Part shown: positions 8,409-19,025 of the stretch, piece by piece
Layout of the letters: every line of letters starts with the position of its first letter
Numbering within the stretch: the stretch's first letter is position 1
Assembly (NCBI GenBank): GCA_963768855.1
Contig: CAVYJM010000018.1
Location: 32,001 to 96,000 of the forward strand
Length of the DNA: 64,000 nucleotides
From: an uncultured Thermoplasmata archaeon
GTDB lineage: Archaea; Thermoplasmatota; Thermoplasmata; RBG-16-68-12
Direction: 5' to 3'
Notes under the pieces: generated by a model
What the model saw: only the letters and a program-made list of their open reading frames with translations
What the model was told of the DNA's origin: nothing
Databases searched by the model: none
Translations under genes and position numbers: made by a program

Positions 8409-11400
8409 GTGATGCAGCCCCAGTTCTCTCCCCACCGAGCACGGGTGGTCTTCCTCTTCGCCCTCATGCTCATGGTCCCCGCTCTCGCCCGGGCGCCCGG
8501 AACGACCAGCCTTCACGCATCCGCAGCTCCCCAGGAGATCCTCTTCCAGCCAGACGCAACCAACGGTACGGACGCGTCCATCTTCAGCCTGAACCCGTCG
8601 TGGAATTTCGGGAATAGCACCTCCTTAGCGGCGGGGCCGAACAGCCTGACCGGGGACACAGCCCGCTCGCTCTTGTCCTTCGGCCTGAGCGGATTGCCGA
8701 CGAATGCGGTGGTCGTGAACGCCACGCTCTCGCTCTACGGAACCCAAGGCGTTGGCGGCAGCGTCCAGGTGCGGAGGCTGACCTCACCTTGGACGGAAGG
8801 TGGCGGCGGACATTCTTGGTCCGCCGTTCCCGTCACGGTCCGGGAGACCGCCGGCGTCAACCGGACCCTCGAGCCCGTGGGCGTGACGATTCTGTTCGCC
8901 CCCAACTCCATCGTGGACCCGGCCCGCGACCTGCGGGTCTACGCCTCCGGTGTGGAGATCCCTTCCCAGGTAGGGAACGAGAACTATGTGGCGGGCCGTC
9001 TCGCGAGTGCCGAGGTCTTCTTCGACGTCTCTCTGGGCGCGTACCAGTCGAGGGCCTTCACGGTCGTCTACTCGACGAACGGAACGGCCGTCCCGGCATA
9101 CCGTACGCGGACCTTCAGCGCATCTCCTATCTGGTTCTCCGGAGCGACGGGGGGCGGCGCTTCGGGCGCGACGATCGCGGACATCGACGAAGACGGCCGA
9201 CTCGAGATTGTCTTTGGCGGCGCGGACGGGTTCGTGTATTGTCTCGACGACCACGGCTCCGTGAAGTGGAGGACTCTGGTCTCCCTGTCGTCACCCGTGG
9301 CCTCGGTGCCGTTCACCCCCCAGGTGGCGGACCTCGATCACACTGGGCGAGACAGCATCATCGTCGTCACGAACGATCCGTCCGTCGTGCGCCTGAACAG
9401 CACGGGAGCACTCGTGTGGAGGTACAACGCAACTTCGCTCTTGTTCACGGGAGGCACGCTGGTGGATGTCAACGGGGACGGCGTCCCGGATGTGCTCGTG
9501 GGCGGCAACATGAAGCAGGTCATCGCGATCGACGGCCAGACGGGCGCCCTCCTGCCGACCCAATTCGCGGTCGGGGGCGCTGGCTTCTGGCCGAGCATCG
9601 TAGACCTGGATGGCTCCGGATCCCCGGAGGTCGTGTTCGACGGGTACGACAAGAACCTCCATGCCTACAACGTCTCGGGAACGCAGCTTTGGGCGAACGC
9701 GCCCGCCGGGACCGCTGTCCTCGAGAATGCCGTGGGCTTCGCGGACCTGAACGGCAACGGGGTAGAGGAACTCGTCTCCGCCGACTTCGGCAACAATGGG
9801 GACGTGTTCGCCCTCTACGCCTCGAATTCGAGTGTCGCGTGGTCGACGATCGCGGGAAAGGGCTTCGTGAGCGGTCTGGCGATTGGGGATCTCAACGGCG
9901 ACGGGAAGCTGGAAACGGTCATGGGAGATTTTGCGGGATCCATGTACGCGTTCCGGTCCGACGGGCGGCTCGCTTGGCCCTCGCCGTACAGCGGCGGCAG
10001 CGTCCCCCCGGGATCGCCCGCTCTCGTCGACCTTGCAGGGAATGGACATCCCAACGTCATCTTCCTGGAGGACACTGCCCTCCTCGTCCTCGACGGGACC
10101 GGCGCCCTCGTTCATGGATGGACCGTCCCGGCGAACAATCAGAACCTTCGCGGGAACCAGTATCCGATGACGAATCCAGCCATCGCCGATCTCACCGGTA
10201 ACGGCACGCTCGATATCGTCGTGCCGACGGGGAACGGTGTCGTCGCCTACTCGACCGGCGGGTTGGACTACGACTGGCGCACGTGGGGCTATAACCTGAA
10301 TCACACCCAGAGGCGCCTGGATGGAGCGTCCGGCACCGGCGCGCCGCTCCTGACGACGACCGTGGGTCAGGTCCAGGTGTTCCCCGCGGCGGGGGTCTCG
10401 TGGAACTACGAGGACGGAGTCACGCCCTGGTCGCTTCCAGGCGGGGATTTCGGACCTGCCGTCGCCGGCGCCGTGGGCGCGAGCGGATGGATGTCCTGGA
10501 ACGTCACGTCCACCGTCCAAGACTGGTTGTCCGGAGTCTATCCCAATCGCGGTCTCATCCTCACGGAAGCGAGCGAGGTGTCTGGGACGTTCCACAGCTG
10601 GATCAGCTCCGACTCGCCCGTGAGTTCCGAGCGGCCCATGCTCGCGGTGACTTACATCTCCATCGCCGGGAACACCCCGCCTCTCATCGTAGGCCGAATC
10701 CCGGACGTGAGCCGGCTCGAGAACAGCCCATCCTGGTCCATCGATCTCAAGACGTATGCCTACGACAACTCCACCCCGCTTAGCCAGCTCCGCTGGAACG
10801 TGACCGGGTTCGATCCGTCCGCCGTCCAGATCACGGGCCTCAACGTCCCCGGCAATTCGATCCTGACCATCCAGCCGCAGCCCAACCGTTGGGGGGACAA
10901 CCATGTCACGTACTGGCTCTCGGACCCGCAAGGACGTTTCGCGCGGCAGGACGCGTGGATCAACATCACTCACGTGAATCAGCCGCCCACGTTCAATCCG
11001 CCCAGCGTCCTCTATGTCCGGTACAACCAGACCTACACCTTCGACTTCGGGCCGTACATCTCCGACCCGGACACCCCCCGCGCCCTGATGACCCTGGCGT
11101 CAGATGACACCCTCCATGCACCCGTCTCCGGGTTCAACGTGTCCTTCACCTACCCGCTCGCGTACCTCAACGCATGGGTCTTCGTGAATCTCACCGTGAG
11201 CGACGGGGAGTTCACCGTGACGCGGGTCATCGCCATCCAGGTGACGTCGGATTACCCGCCAGTGGTCAACATTCCGCTCCCCGACGTCACCCTGTACGAG
11301 GGCCAGACCCTAGCGAACGTCTTCAACTTGGCCAATTACTTCTCGGATCCCAACCAAGATGCCCTGTTCTTCTCGACCGGATACACGCATGTGAACGTCA

Positions 11401-12885
11401 CGATCTATCCAAACCTCTCGGTGGACATTCGTGCTCCGCTAGGATGGTGGGGTCAAGACCAGGTCACCTTCCAGGCAAAGGACCCAGCGGGGGCCATTGC
11501 CCAGGACACGATCCTCGCGACCGTGATCCACCTCGACCAACCTCCCACGATCGGAATCCTCCCCGATCTGAGGGTTCGCTTCGACTCCCCATACTCCTTC
11601 AACCTCGATCCGTACCTCTCCGACCCCGACACCCCGTCGAGCCAGCTCCTGGTCACCGTCTCGGACCCGCACGTGTTCGTCTCAGGGCACCTGATCACCC
11701 TCCTCTACCCCGCGTCGTTCAACAACACGATCCAAGCCGCGGCGGTCTCCGTCTCGGACGGGATGTACACGGTGAGTCGGGGGTTGCTGGTCTCGATCGG
11801 CTGGGACTCGCCGCCTTCCTTAATCGGGAAGATGCCAGACCGGTCGTTCCTCGAGGGGACGGTGGCCCGAGGGGCGTACAACCTCTCCCAGTATTTCGCG
11901 GACGCCGACGGGTCGGTCCTGTACTGGAGCTCCGGGAACCGCAGCGTCCTCGTCACGATCTATGCGAACGGGAGCGTGGACCTCAGCGCGCGGGCCAACT
12001 GGTGGGGCGTGGAGCGCGTGACCTTCCGGGCCACGGATTCCCAGGGGGCCCTCCAAGAGGACAGCGTCTGGATCCGGGTCGTCCGGGTGGACGACGCGCC
12101 CTTCTTCCTCGCCGTCCCGACCCAGTACGTGAACGCCTCCACAGTCTACGTCCCCCTCACGAGATATCTCGGAGACCCCGATGACAATGTGTCCGTCCTC
12201 TTCCTTGCGGGGACGAACAGCACGCATGCCATGGCCATCGGACAGGGTCTGCTCTTCAACTACTCGCAGGACACGATGGAATGGGTTCGCGTGACGTTGA
12301 GCGACGGCAACCTCACGAACACGACCACGTTCCTAATCGTGGTCGCCCTCCCGCCTCCGGGGATGCGGGGAGATCGTCCCGGGCTGGGTCCTGTGGCTCC
12401 CCTTGCCGGTCGCCGCAGCCGGCGCCGTGCTCTTCGTCGCCTATCGCCGACGCAAGCTCGAGTGGGCCTTCCTCGTCACGAACGACGGACTCCTCGCCGG
12501 GAGCGTCTCCCGCAGCGGCCCGACCTCGATTGACACGGACCTGATGACGGGCATGTTGACGACAATCATGGATTTCGCCAAGCGGAGTTTCTCCGATGAG
12601 AGGGAGCGGAACCTCGAGGGAATCGAGCTGGGCGAGAAGCGCGTCGCGATCGTCCGAGGGGATCGTGCCTACATCGCGGTGGTGTACCGCGGCCGCACGC
12701 CAGGCCGGCTGCTGCCCATCATGCGATCCCTGCTCGAGAGAATCGAGAAGACGCACGGGAAGGATCTCGGGGATATTGTCGATACATCCAAGCTCGAGGA
12801 GATCCCGGTCCTCCTCCAGAAACTTGTGACACGAGGGAACCTGCCATTCGTTTCATTCGGAGCCCTGCCCGAGCAACCGGATTGA
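8409..12885 (+). CDS. Large secreted/surface protein: split DNRLRE-like domain, FG-GAP propeller, six Ig/cadherin-like repeats, TM helix and cytoplasmic roadblock/longin-like tail; frameshifted near 12367-12370
   Basis: Signal peptide; repeated D(L/I)(N/D)GDG motifs; N-x-PP repeat starts; ORF 8409..12533 loses sense after PPPG while the next frame gives EIVPGWVLWLPLPVAAAGAVLFVAYRRRK and continues to 12885. Confidence 0.75.
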
Positions 12886-12968
12886 GTCTGGTCGGGTGCA
12901 GAGCCGAGCATGCGGAGGAAACTCGTTTCGCATTCAGCGCATCCGTGAACGCGAGGAACGGGACCGCC

Positions 12969-14303
12969 TCACGCGGAGCAACCCATGACCGCGTAGTCAT
13001 CGCCGTTGAACTCGGCGAAGCCGTAGTCCTCGTAGATGTTCGTCTCCGTGATGGTCGCGTGGTTCACCGGGTCGTAGAAGACCACGGTCCCTGTGCTCGT
13101 GTCCGCGGAAAGAATCACGGAGGGGCCGAGGCGCTGATGCAGGAAGGACACCACGTCCGCGGGGACGGACGGGTTATCCGTCGTGCAGTTGCTCGTGGCC
13201 GTGACGTTGCCCACGGAGACCGGTAGGTTCGGGCGGACCGCGGTGAAGGGCGTCGCAGTCGGAGCGTTCAGCGCGAGCCCCATGCCGCCAAGGAGGACGA
13301 CGACGAGGATGCCGGAGGCCACGCGCTGCGGGGTCTTCCATTCCGAGCGCAGATCGTGGACGACCGGCTGGCGGTGGCGGCGGACTCGATCGCGCCGGGA
13401 CGGCCGGCGAGTCGCCGCCTTCGCCTTCGGCTCGACCGTGGGCGCCTCGACGCCACGGGAGCGGCGCAGGGCCACCGCGACCCCGTTTCCTAGGAGGAGC
13501 GCAACGAGCGGGGCGAGGCTGGGGAGGACCGCGGGGAGGAGCCCAGTCGCCACGCCGACGACGAGGCCGAAGATCCAGCGGTCTGTCGGCCGGACCGCGG
13601 AAGTCCGCGGCTCCGGGACCATGAAGAAGCCGAAGAACAGGACGGCCGGGTCGACCGCGCCCAGGAGAAGGACCATGGGCGACGTCACCTCGCCGAGGAT
13701 CAGGTTGCCCAAGATCGAGAGCGTGGCGTACGCAAGAAAGAACGCGAGTGGGATGCGCCACGAGCCCGGGGTCCGCAGAGTCAGGACCACGCCGAGGACG
13801 ACGACGAGCCACATCCCGATGGAACCCCACCAGGACGGGGCGAGACCGAAGAAGAGCGCACCCATCAGGACGCCGGCGGCCGCCGGGTTGAACACAGGAC
13901 GGTCCTGGATGCGCAGCACGTGACGGAGCGCGATGGCCGCGGAGGCAACCCCCGCGGCCTGGAGGAGCGGCACGGTCGGCGGCAGGAGGAGCGCGAGCAG
14001 CAGGCCCGTGGCCATCGCCGCGTCCGGGGCGCGGATTCTCCTATAACGGAGCATCTGGAACAGGATGTCCGTCTCCACGGCGAGTGCCGGGAGGGCGATG
14101 ATCGGGATGATGCCGCTCCCCTGAAGCGTGAAGGCAATCGCATAGATTCCGAGGGCGAGCAGGAAGATCCACAGGAGTCGAGCCGGACGGGGCAACTTCG
14201 CGAACAGCCGCACCGAGGCTCGGCGGAAAGTGCCCCTGGTCCGTGACGGCTCCTCGGCGTCGCCGGGTTCGTCTTCCGAGTCGCACCCCTCGGGATGAGG
14301 CAC
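12969..14303 (-). CDS. RnfD/NqrB (NQR2)-family membrane protein with C-terminal extracytoplasmic extension
   Basis: ATGLLLALLL, PVFNPAAAG, FFMVPEPRTS motifs; GTG start below TAATAAA box. Confidence 0.7.
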   Translation of the reverse strand: MPHPEGCDSEDEPGDAEEPSRTRGTFRRASVRLFAKLPRPARLLWIFLLALGIYAIAFTLQGSGIIPIIALPALAVETDILFQMLRYRRIRAPDAAMATGLLLALLLPPTVPLLQAAGVASAAIALRHVLRIQDRPVFNPAAAGVLMGALFFGLAPSWWGSIGMWLVVVLGVVLTLRTPGSWRIPLAFFLAYATLSILGNLILGEVTSPMVLLLGAVDPAVLFFGFFMVPEPRTSAVRPTDRWIFGLVVGVATGLLPAVLPSLAPLVALLLGNGVAVALRRSRGVEAPTVEPKAKAATRRPSRRDRVRRHRQPVVHDLRSEWKTPQRVASGILVVVLLGGMGLALNAPTATPFTAVRPNLPVSVGNVTATSNCTTDNPSVPADVVSFLHQRLGPSVILSADTSTGTVVFYDPVNHATITETNIYEDYGFAEFNGDDYAVMGCSA

Positions 14304-14493
14304 GTCGGGCCGAGACTTCCGTGGTTTATTACCCTTTAGCGTGAGTTTTCCAGGAGAGGCATCGAACGCATGTCCTGCGCCCGCCGGAAGGTCGCGTGTC
14401 GGCGGCACGACGCCGGAAAAGGCAGACGCCCCACGCTCCGCACCCTCGCCCCGACGACCATAGGTTCAAGGCGCCGCGTTCGACTCCCGGGGC

Positions 14494-14544
14494 ATGAGTC
14501 GGGCCGTCCTACGCAGGCTGCGGGCGCGGCCGCGACCGAAGTAG
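14494..14544 (+). CDS. Candidate Arg-rich leader peptide MSRAVLRRLRARPRPK
   Basis: ATG 29 nt after TTCAAG (14465); TAG at 14542, in frame with downstream gene. Confidence 0.4.
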   Translation: MSRAVLRRLRARPRPK

Positions 14545-14571
14545 AATCGAGCCGCGACGGTGACGCGTCCC

Positions 14572-15540
14572 ATGTCCGCCGAATTCCCCGAGTACGGCGC
14601 ACTGAGGAAGGTGCTCATGCATGCACCGGGGCGCGAGATCGATCGAATCGGGCCCGCATCCTACCGCCGATATCTCTTTGAGGACGCCATCGAACCGGCG
14701 CGCTTCCGGAACCAGCATGGGCAGCTTGTCGAGACCCTGAGGCACGAGGGAGTCGACGTGGTCCTCGTCGAGCACGCCCTGGAGGGCTCCCCGCTCTTTG
14801 CGCTCGTGGAGAAGAGTCCGAACCTCGTGTACATGCGCGACACGGTCGTCGTCACGCGCGCAGGCCGCATCCAGATGAGAATGAGCAGCCCGGTCCGACG
14901 GCACGAGCCTCGGATTGCGGCGGCCGCCTTGGACCGCATCGGGGTGGAGAGGCTCATGGAAGCCCGTGCGCCCGCCACGATGGAGGGAGGCGACCTGATC
15001 TTCCTGGATGGGGAGACTCTGCTCGTCGGCGTCGGCAACCGGACCAACCGGGTCGCGCTGCGGCAACTGCGGGATCGGACCCGGGCGAAGGGGTGGCGCA
15101 CCCTGATCGCGATTCAGCTCCCCCAATCAGTCATCCATCTCGACGGAACGATGATGGTCGTCGACGAGGATCTCGCGATCGTGCATCGCGAATCGCTGAG
15201 CGGGCCTGCGATCGTCTACGAGGACGGGAAGCCCCCGAGGCGGACGCAGCCGTTGAGGATCTTGAAGCAGCGGCGATTCCGTCTCATCGAGGTGACCGCC
15301 TACGAACGACAGAGGCGGGCAACGAACCTGATCACGCTGGGCCCACGGAAAGTCATCGGCTACGCGGGCAACGAGAGGGTGCGAAGGCTCCTCGCGGCCG
15401 AAGGCGTTGACGTCATCGAGCTCGAGGGGTCGGAGCTGGTGAGAGGCGGCGGAGGGCCACGATGCATGACCGCACCGATCGACCGGGATGGTGGCCCCTC
15501 TCGGAATCAAACGCCAACGTCCAGGGAGGGTTCGCCTTGA
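14572..15540 (+). CDS. Amidinotransferase / arginine deiminase-DDAH superfamily enzyme
   Basis: YMRD, EGGD, HLDG, GGGGPRC motifs. Confidence 0.85.
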   Translation: MSAEFPEYGALRKVLMHAPGREIDRIGPASYRRYLFEDAIEPARFRNQHGQLVETLRHEGVDVVLVEHALEGSPLFALVEKSPNLVYMRDTVVVTRAGRIQMRMSSPVRRHEPRIAAAALDRIGVERLMEARAPATMEGGDLIFLDGETLLVGVGNRTNRVALRQLRDRTRAKGWRTLIAIQLPQSVIHLDGTMMVVDEDLAIVHRESLSGPAIVYEDGKPPRRTQPLRILKQRRFRLIEVTAYERQRRATNLITLGPRKVIGYAGNERVRRLLAAEGVDVIELEGSELVRGGGGPRCMTAPIDRDGGPSRNQTPTSREGSP

Positions 15541-15554
15541 CAGCTGATCTTGCG

Positions 15555-16337
15555 ATGGCACGGACACGAGTCTTGCTCACGTTTGACATCGACGCCGAGA
15601 GCGTCCAGGTGAGGACGACACCCCATCTTCCCGCCGCCTTGTCGAAGGGGCAGTTCGCCCGCACCGGGGTCGAGAGGATCCTCGCCCTCCTCGACAAGTT
15701 CGCCATCCATGCCACGTTCTTCACCCCGGCGTGGACGGCGCAACAGTACCCGGACCTGGTCCGCGAGATCGTGCGGCGCGGTCACGAGCTCGCCGCGCAC
15801 GGGGTCCTCCACGAGAATCTGTCGGAACTCAAGGACAGCGAGGAGGAGGCCGTGCACGAGACGTCGGTCCGAATCCTGGAGAAAGTGAGCGGCAAGAGGC
15901 CCGTCGGCTTCCGGGCTCCCTACTACGAATGGAGCACTCGGACCGCGGCGCTCCTCCGGAAACATGGATTCCTCTACGACAGCAGCCTGATGGACCGGGA
16001 TCGGCCCTACCGGATCCCGGACGGCCCGGGCGCGGGGATGTACGAGCTCCCCGTCGAATGGTTCCTGGAGGACTGGGTGTTCTTCGAGGAGCAACGGCAG
16101 CCGCCGAGCGCGGTCCTGGAAACATGGAGTAGCGAGTTCGACGCCGTGTCCGAGCTCGGGGTCGGCTACTTCATCCTGACGATGCATCCGGAGTGCATCG
16201 GTCGAGCATCACGAATCCGCATGCTGGAACAGCTGGTCGATCACGTGCGAGCCACCCCGGGGGTCGCCTTCGCGAGGTGCGACGAGCTCGTGGAGTATCT
16301 CAGCGGCTCCCAGGATTCCCATCCCGGGACCGAGTAG
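15555..16337 (+). CDS. Polysaccharide deacetylase family (PuuE/PgdA-like)
   Basis: TFDIDAE, HGVLHE, GFRAP, YDSS, LTMHP. Confidence 0.85.
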   Translation: MARTRVLLTFDIDAESVQVRTTPHLPAALSKGQFARTGVERILALLDKFAIHATFFTPAWTAQQYPDLVREIVRRGHELAAHGVLHENLSELKDSEEEAVHETSVRILEKVSGKRPVGFRAPYYEWSTRTAALLRKHGFLYDSSLMDRDRPYRIPDGPGAGMYELPVEWFLEDWVFFEEQRQPPSAVLETWSSEFDAVSELGVGYFILTMHPECIGRASRIRMLEQLVDHVRATPGVAFARCDELVEYLSGSQDSHPGTE

Positions 16338-16409
16338 CCACCGGCGGGTGCGATCCGGGGCGTGCCCCCTTCCTTCAGGCGACACGGTGGTGAGAAGTCA
16401 CGAGAAGGA

Positions 16410-16494
16410 TGCGTGGGGCAGGATTTGAACCTGCGAACCCCTTCGGGACAGCGACCTCAACGCTGCGCCTTTGACCAAGCTGGGCCACCCACGC
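16410..16494 (-). tRNA. tRNA-Leu (GAG)
   Basis: GCGTGGG/CCCACGC acceptor stem, anticodon loop TTGAGGT, long variable arm, GTTCAAA T-loop; no encoded CCA. Confidence 0.95.
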
Positions 16495-16555
16495 ACAGCC
16501 CGGTTCCCATCGCGGGGTCCGATATTAATCTTCTGCCGCGAGGATGCGTCGCGCT

Positions 16556-17320
16556 TCAGGCGGCCGTGTACCCTCCGTCCGCGACGACGAGCGCTCCGGT
16601 CGTGAAGGAGGAATCCTCCGAGGCCAGGAACAGGACGACCTTCGCGATTTCCTCCGGGCGGCCGATCCGCCCGATTGGGTGCTGCGCGCCCGCATGCGTC
16701 CGGTATTCGCCGAGCGAGACGCCGCGCGTGTCCGCCTCCTGCTGGAACATCCGCGTCTCGACCCACCCTGGGCACACGGCGTTCACGCGGATGCCGTCTT
16801 TCGCGTACGCGAGGGCCATCGATTTCGTCAGGAGGGCCACCCCCGCCTTGGAGGCGCAATACGCGGCCGCGTCACCGTCGCCCACGATTGAATTCACGGA
16901 GCCGGTGTTGACGATCACGCCGCCTCCCTGACGGATCATCACGCGGACCGCGTGCTTCGCGACAAGGAACGCGCCCTTCAGGTTGACGCCCAGGACTCGG
17001 TCCCAATCGGCCCCGGACATCTCGTGCACGGGCGCCTCGATGAGGATGCCCGCGTTGTTGAGGACCACGTCGAGCCGCCCGTACGCGGCGACGGTCTCCC
17101 GGATCACCCGCTCGACGTCCGCTTCGCTCGTCACGTCGCCCCGGATGAATCGGATCTCGCGGCCCTCCGCCCGCGCGGCGGCCACGGCCTCGCGACCCCG
17201 TTCGGGCGAGACGTCCGCGACGGCGACCCGCGCGCCCTCGCGGGCGAACGCCAGCGCGGTCGCAAGACCGATACCGGAACCTCCCCCTGTGACCAGGACC
17301 GCCTTGCCCTCGAACCGCAT
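16556..17320 (-). CDS. SDR family oxidoreductase
   Basis: TGGGSGIG, NNAG, YCASK, NAVCPG. Confidence 0.92.
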   Translation of the reverse strand: MRFEGKAVLVTGGGSGIGLATALAFAREGARVAVADVSPERGREAVAAARAEGREIRFIRGDVTSEADVERVIRETVAAYGRLDVVLNNAGILIEAPVHEMSGADWDRVLGVNLKGAFLVAKHAVRVMIRQGGGVIVNTGSVNSIVGDGDAAAYCASKAGVALLTKSMALAYAKDGIRVNAVCPGWVETRMFQQEADTRGVSLGEYRTHAGAQHPIGRIGRPEEIAKVVLFLASEDSSFTTGALVVADGGYTAA

Positions 17321-17431
17321 GGACTCCGTCCCCGGCGGGGTAGTGACCCGGGGGAGAAAAGCCCTTGGAGAAAGTACGCAAAGGATATGCTCCCCCTCGG
17401 GCTCACCACGAAGCAAGGGAGGGCATTCCTT

Positions 17432-18880
17432 ATGGCCGCCAAGCGCAGGAAGAAGGCACCGGCTCGCAAGCCCCGGCCGGGGCTCGTGAAAGTCGTGAAC
17501 CCGGCGACGGGCAAGGTGTTCGAGACATTCCCCATCACGACGAAGGAGCAGGTCAACGCGAAGGTCGAGAAGGCCCGGGAGGCCTTCAAGACCTGGTCGC
17601 GTCTGGACGTCGAGGAACGTGAAGGGTATCTGCAGCGCTTCGCCGAGGTGCTCCGCAAGCACAAGGAGGAGTACGCCCGGACGATGTCCATGGAGATGGG
17701 GAAGATCATCCGCGAGGCAAACGCGGAGGTCGAGAAGTGCGCCACTGCGGCGGACTACTTCGCGGCGAACTCGAAGCGATTCCTCGAGCCCGAGGTGGTC
17801 GAGACGGACTCGCAACGCTCCTACATCGCATTCCATCCCCGCGGGGTCCTCGGCTCCATCATGCCCTGGAACTTCCCGATGTGGCAAATCATCCGTTTCG
17901 CGATCCCCGCCCTTGCCGCGGGGGACACGGCGGTGATCAAGCCCGCGAGCGCCTCGCCGAAGACTGGGCTCCACGTCGAGGAGGCATTCCATGAGGCGGG
18001 CCTCCCCGACGGGGTCCTCCAGATCGTTGTGGGCGACTACACGACGGGCACCGCGCTCATCCGTTCCCCCGTGACGTTCGTCTCGCTCACGGGCAGTGTG
18101 GCCACAGGGATCAAAATCGCCCGGGAGTCTGCGAAGGACCTCAAGAAGACCGTGCTCGAACTCGGCGGTTCGGACCCGTTCATCGTGTGCGAGGACGCGG
18201 ATCTGGACCAAGCCGCAAAGGGAGCAATTACCGGGCGCTTCATCAATAACGGCCAGTCGTGCATCGCCGCGAAGCGCTTCCTCGTGGTTGACGCGGTCGC
18301 GGACGAATTCCTCGCGAAGCTCGAGGAGAACGTCCGGAAGCTCAAGGTCGGAGATCCTCTGGACCCCGCGACGGATATTGGCCCGCTCTATGCGAGGAGC
18401 CAGCGGGACGAAATCGAGATCCAGGTCAAGGACGCCCTCGCGAAAGGCGCGAAGTTGCACGCGGGCGGGAAACGCGTCAAGGGACCCGGCTGGTTCTACG
18501 AGCCCACCCTGCTCAGCGGCGTCACATTGAACATGAAGGTCATGAGGCAGGAGACCTTCGGCCCCGTGCTCCCGGTCTTCCGCGTCCCCAACGTCGACGC
18601 GGCAATCGAGCGCGCGAACGACACAGAGTTCGGGCTCGGCGCGAGCATATGGACGCGGAGCCTCAGCCTTGCGGACGACCTCGCGAAGCGCATCGATGCC
18701 GGGCTCGTGTTTGTGAACAATGCGGTGAAGTCGGATCCCCGGATGCCCTTCGGTGGTGTCAAACACTCCGGTGTCGGCCGGGAGCTCAGCCGGTACGGGC
18801 TTCTCGAGATGGTGAACATCAAGACCGTCCAGATCTACCCGCCGGGGAGTCCGGCGCCGCAGGTGCAACACGTCGAGTGA
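17432..18880 (+). CDS. NAD-dependent aldehyde dehydrogenase (succinate-semialdehyde dehydrogenase-like)
   Basis: IMPWNFP, ELGGSDP, NGQSC, ETFGP, PFGGVKHSG. Confidence 0.9.
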   Translation: MAAKRRKKAPARKPRPGLVKVVNPATGKVFETFPITTKEQVNAKVEKAREAFKTWSRLDVEEREGYLQRFAEVLRKHKEEYARTMSMEMGKIIREANAEVEKCATAADYFAANSKRFLEPEVVETDSQRSYIAFHPRGVLGSIMPWNFPMWQIIRFAIPALAAGDTAVIKPASASPKTGLHVEEAFHEAGLPDGVLQIVVGDYTTGTALIRSPVTFVSLTGSVATGIKIARESAKDLKKTVLELGGSDPFIVCEDADLDQAAKGAITGRFINNGQSCIAAKRFLVVDAVADEFLAKLEENVRKLKVGDPLDPATDIGPLYARSQRDEIEIQVKDALAKGAKLHAGGKRVKGPGWFYEPTLLSGVTLNMKVMRQETFGPVLPVFRVPNVDAAIERANDTEFGLGASIWTRSLSLADDLAKRIDAGLVFVNNAVKSDPRMPFGGVKHSGVGRELSRYGLLEMVNIKTVQIYPPGSPAPQVQHVE

Positions 18881-18889
18881 GCGAGGGAA

Positions 18890-18977
18890 CGCTGAGGGGG
18901 AGATTCGAACTCCCGAGGGCCTTGCGACCCACCAGATCTCAAGTCTGGCGCGTTGAACCGGGCTTCGCTACCTCAGC
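18890..18977 (-). tRNA. tRNA-Ser (TGA)
   Basis: GCTGAGG/CCTCAGC acceptor, anticodon loop CTTGAGA, long variable arm, G73. Confidence 0.95.
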
Positions 18978-19025
18978 GGCCACGCCATCGTCCAAGGGCA
19001 GAAATACCTTCTGCAGCGAGTCCGC

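Noticed and set aside
14494-14572. Pyrrolysine or amber read-through giving an N-terminally extended amidinotransferase
   Set aside because: The extension has no protein-like homology, the enzyme is complete from ATG 14572, and no pyl genes are in the window
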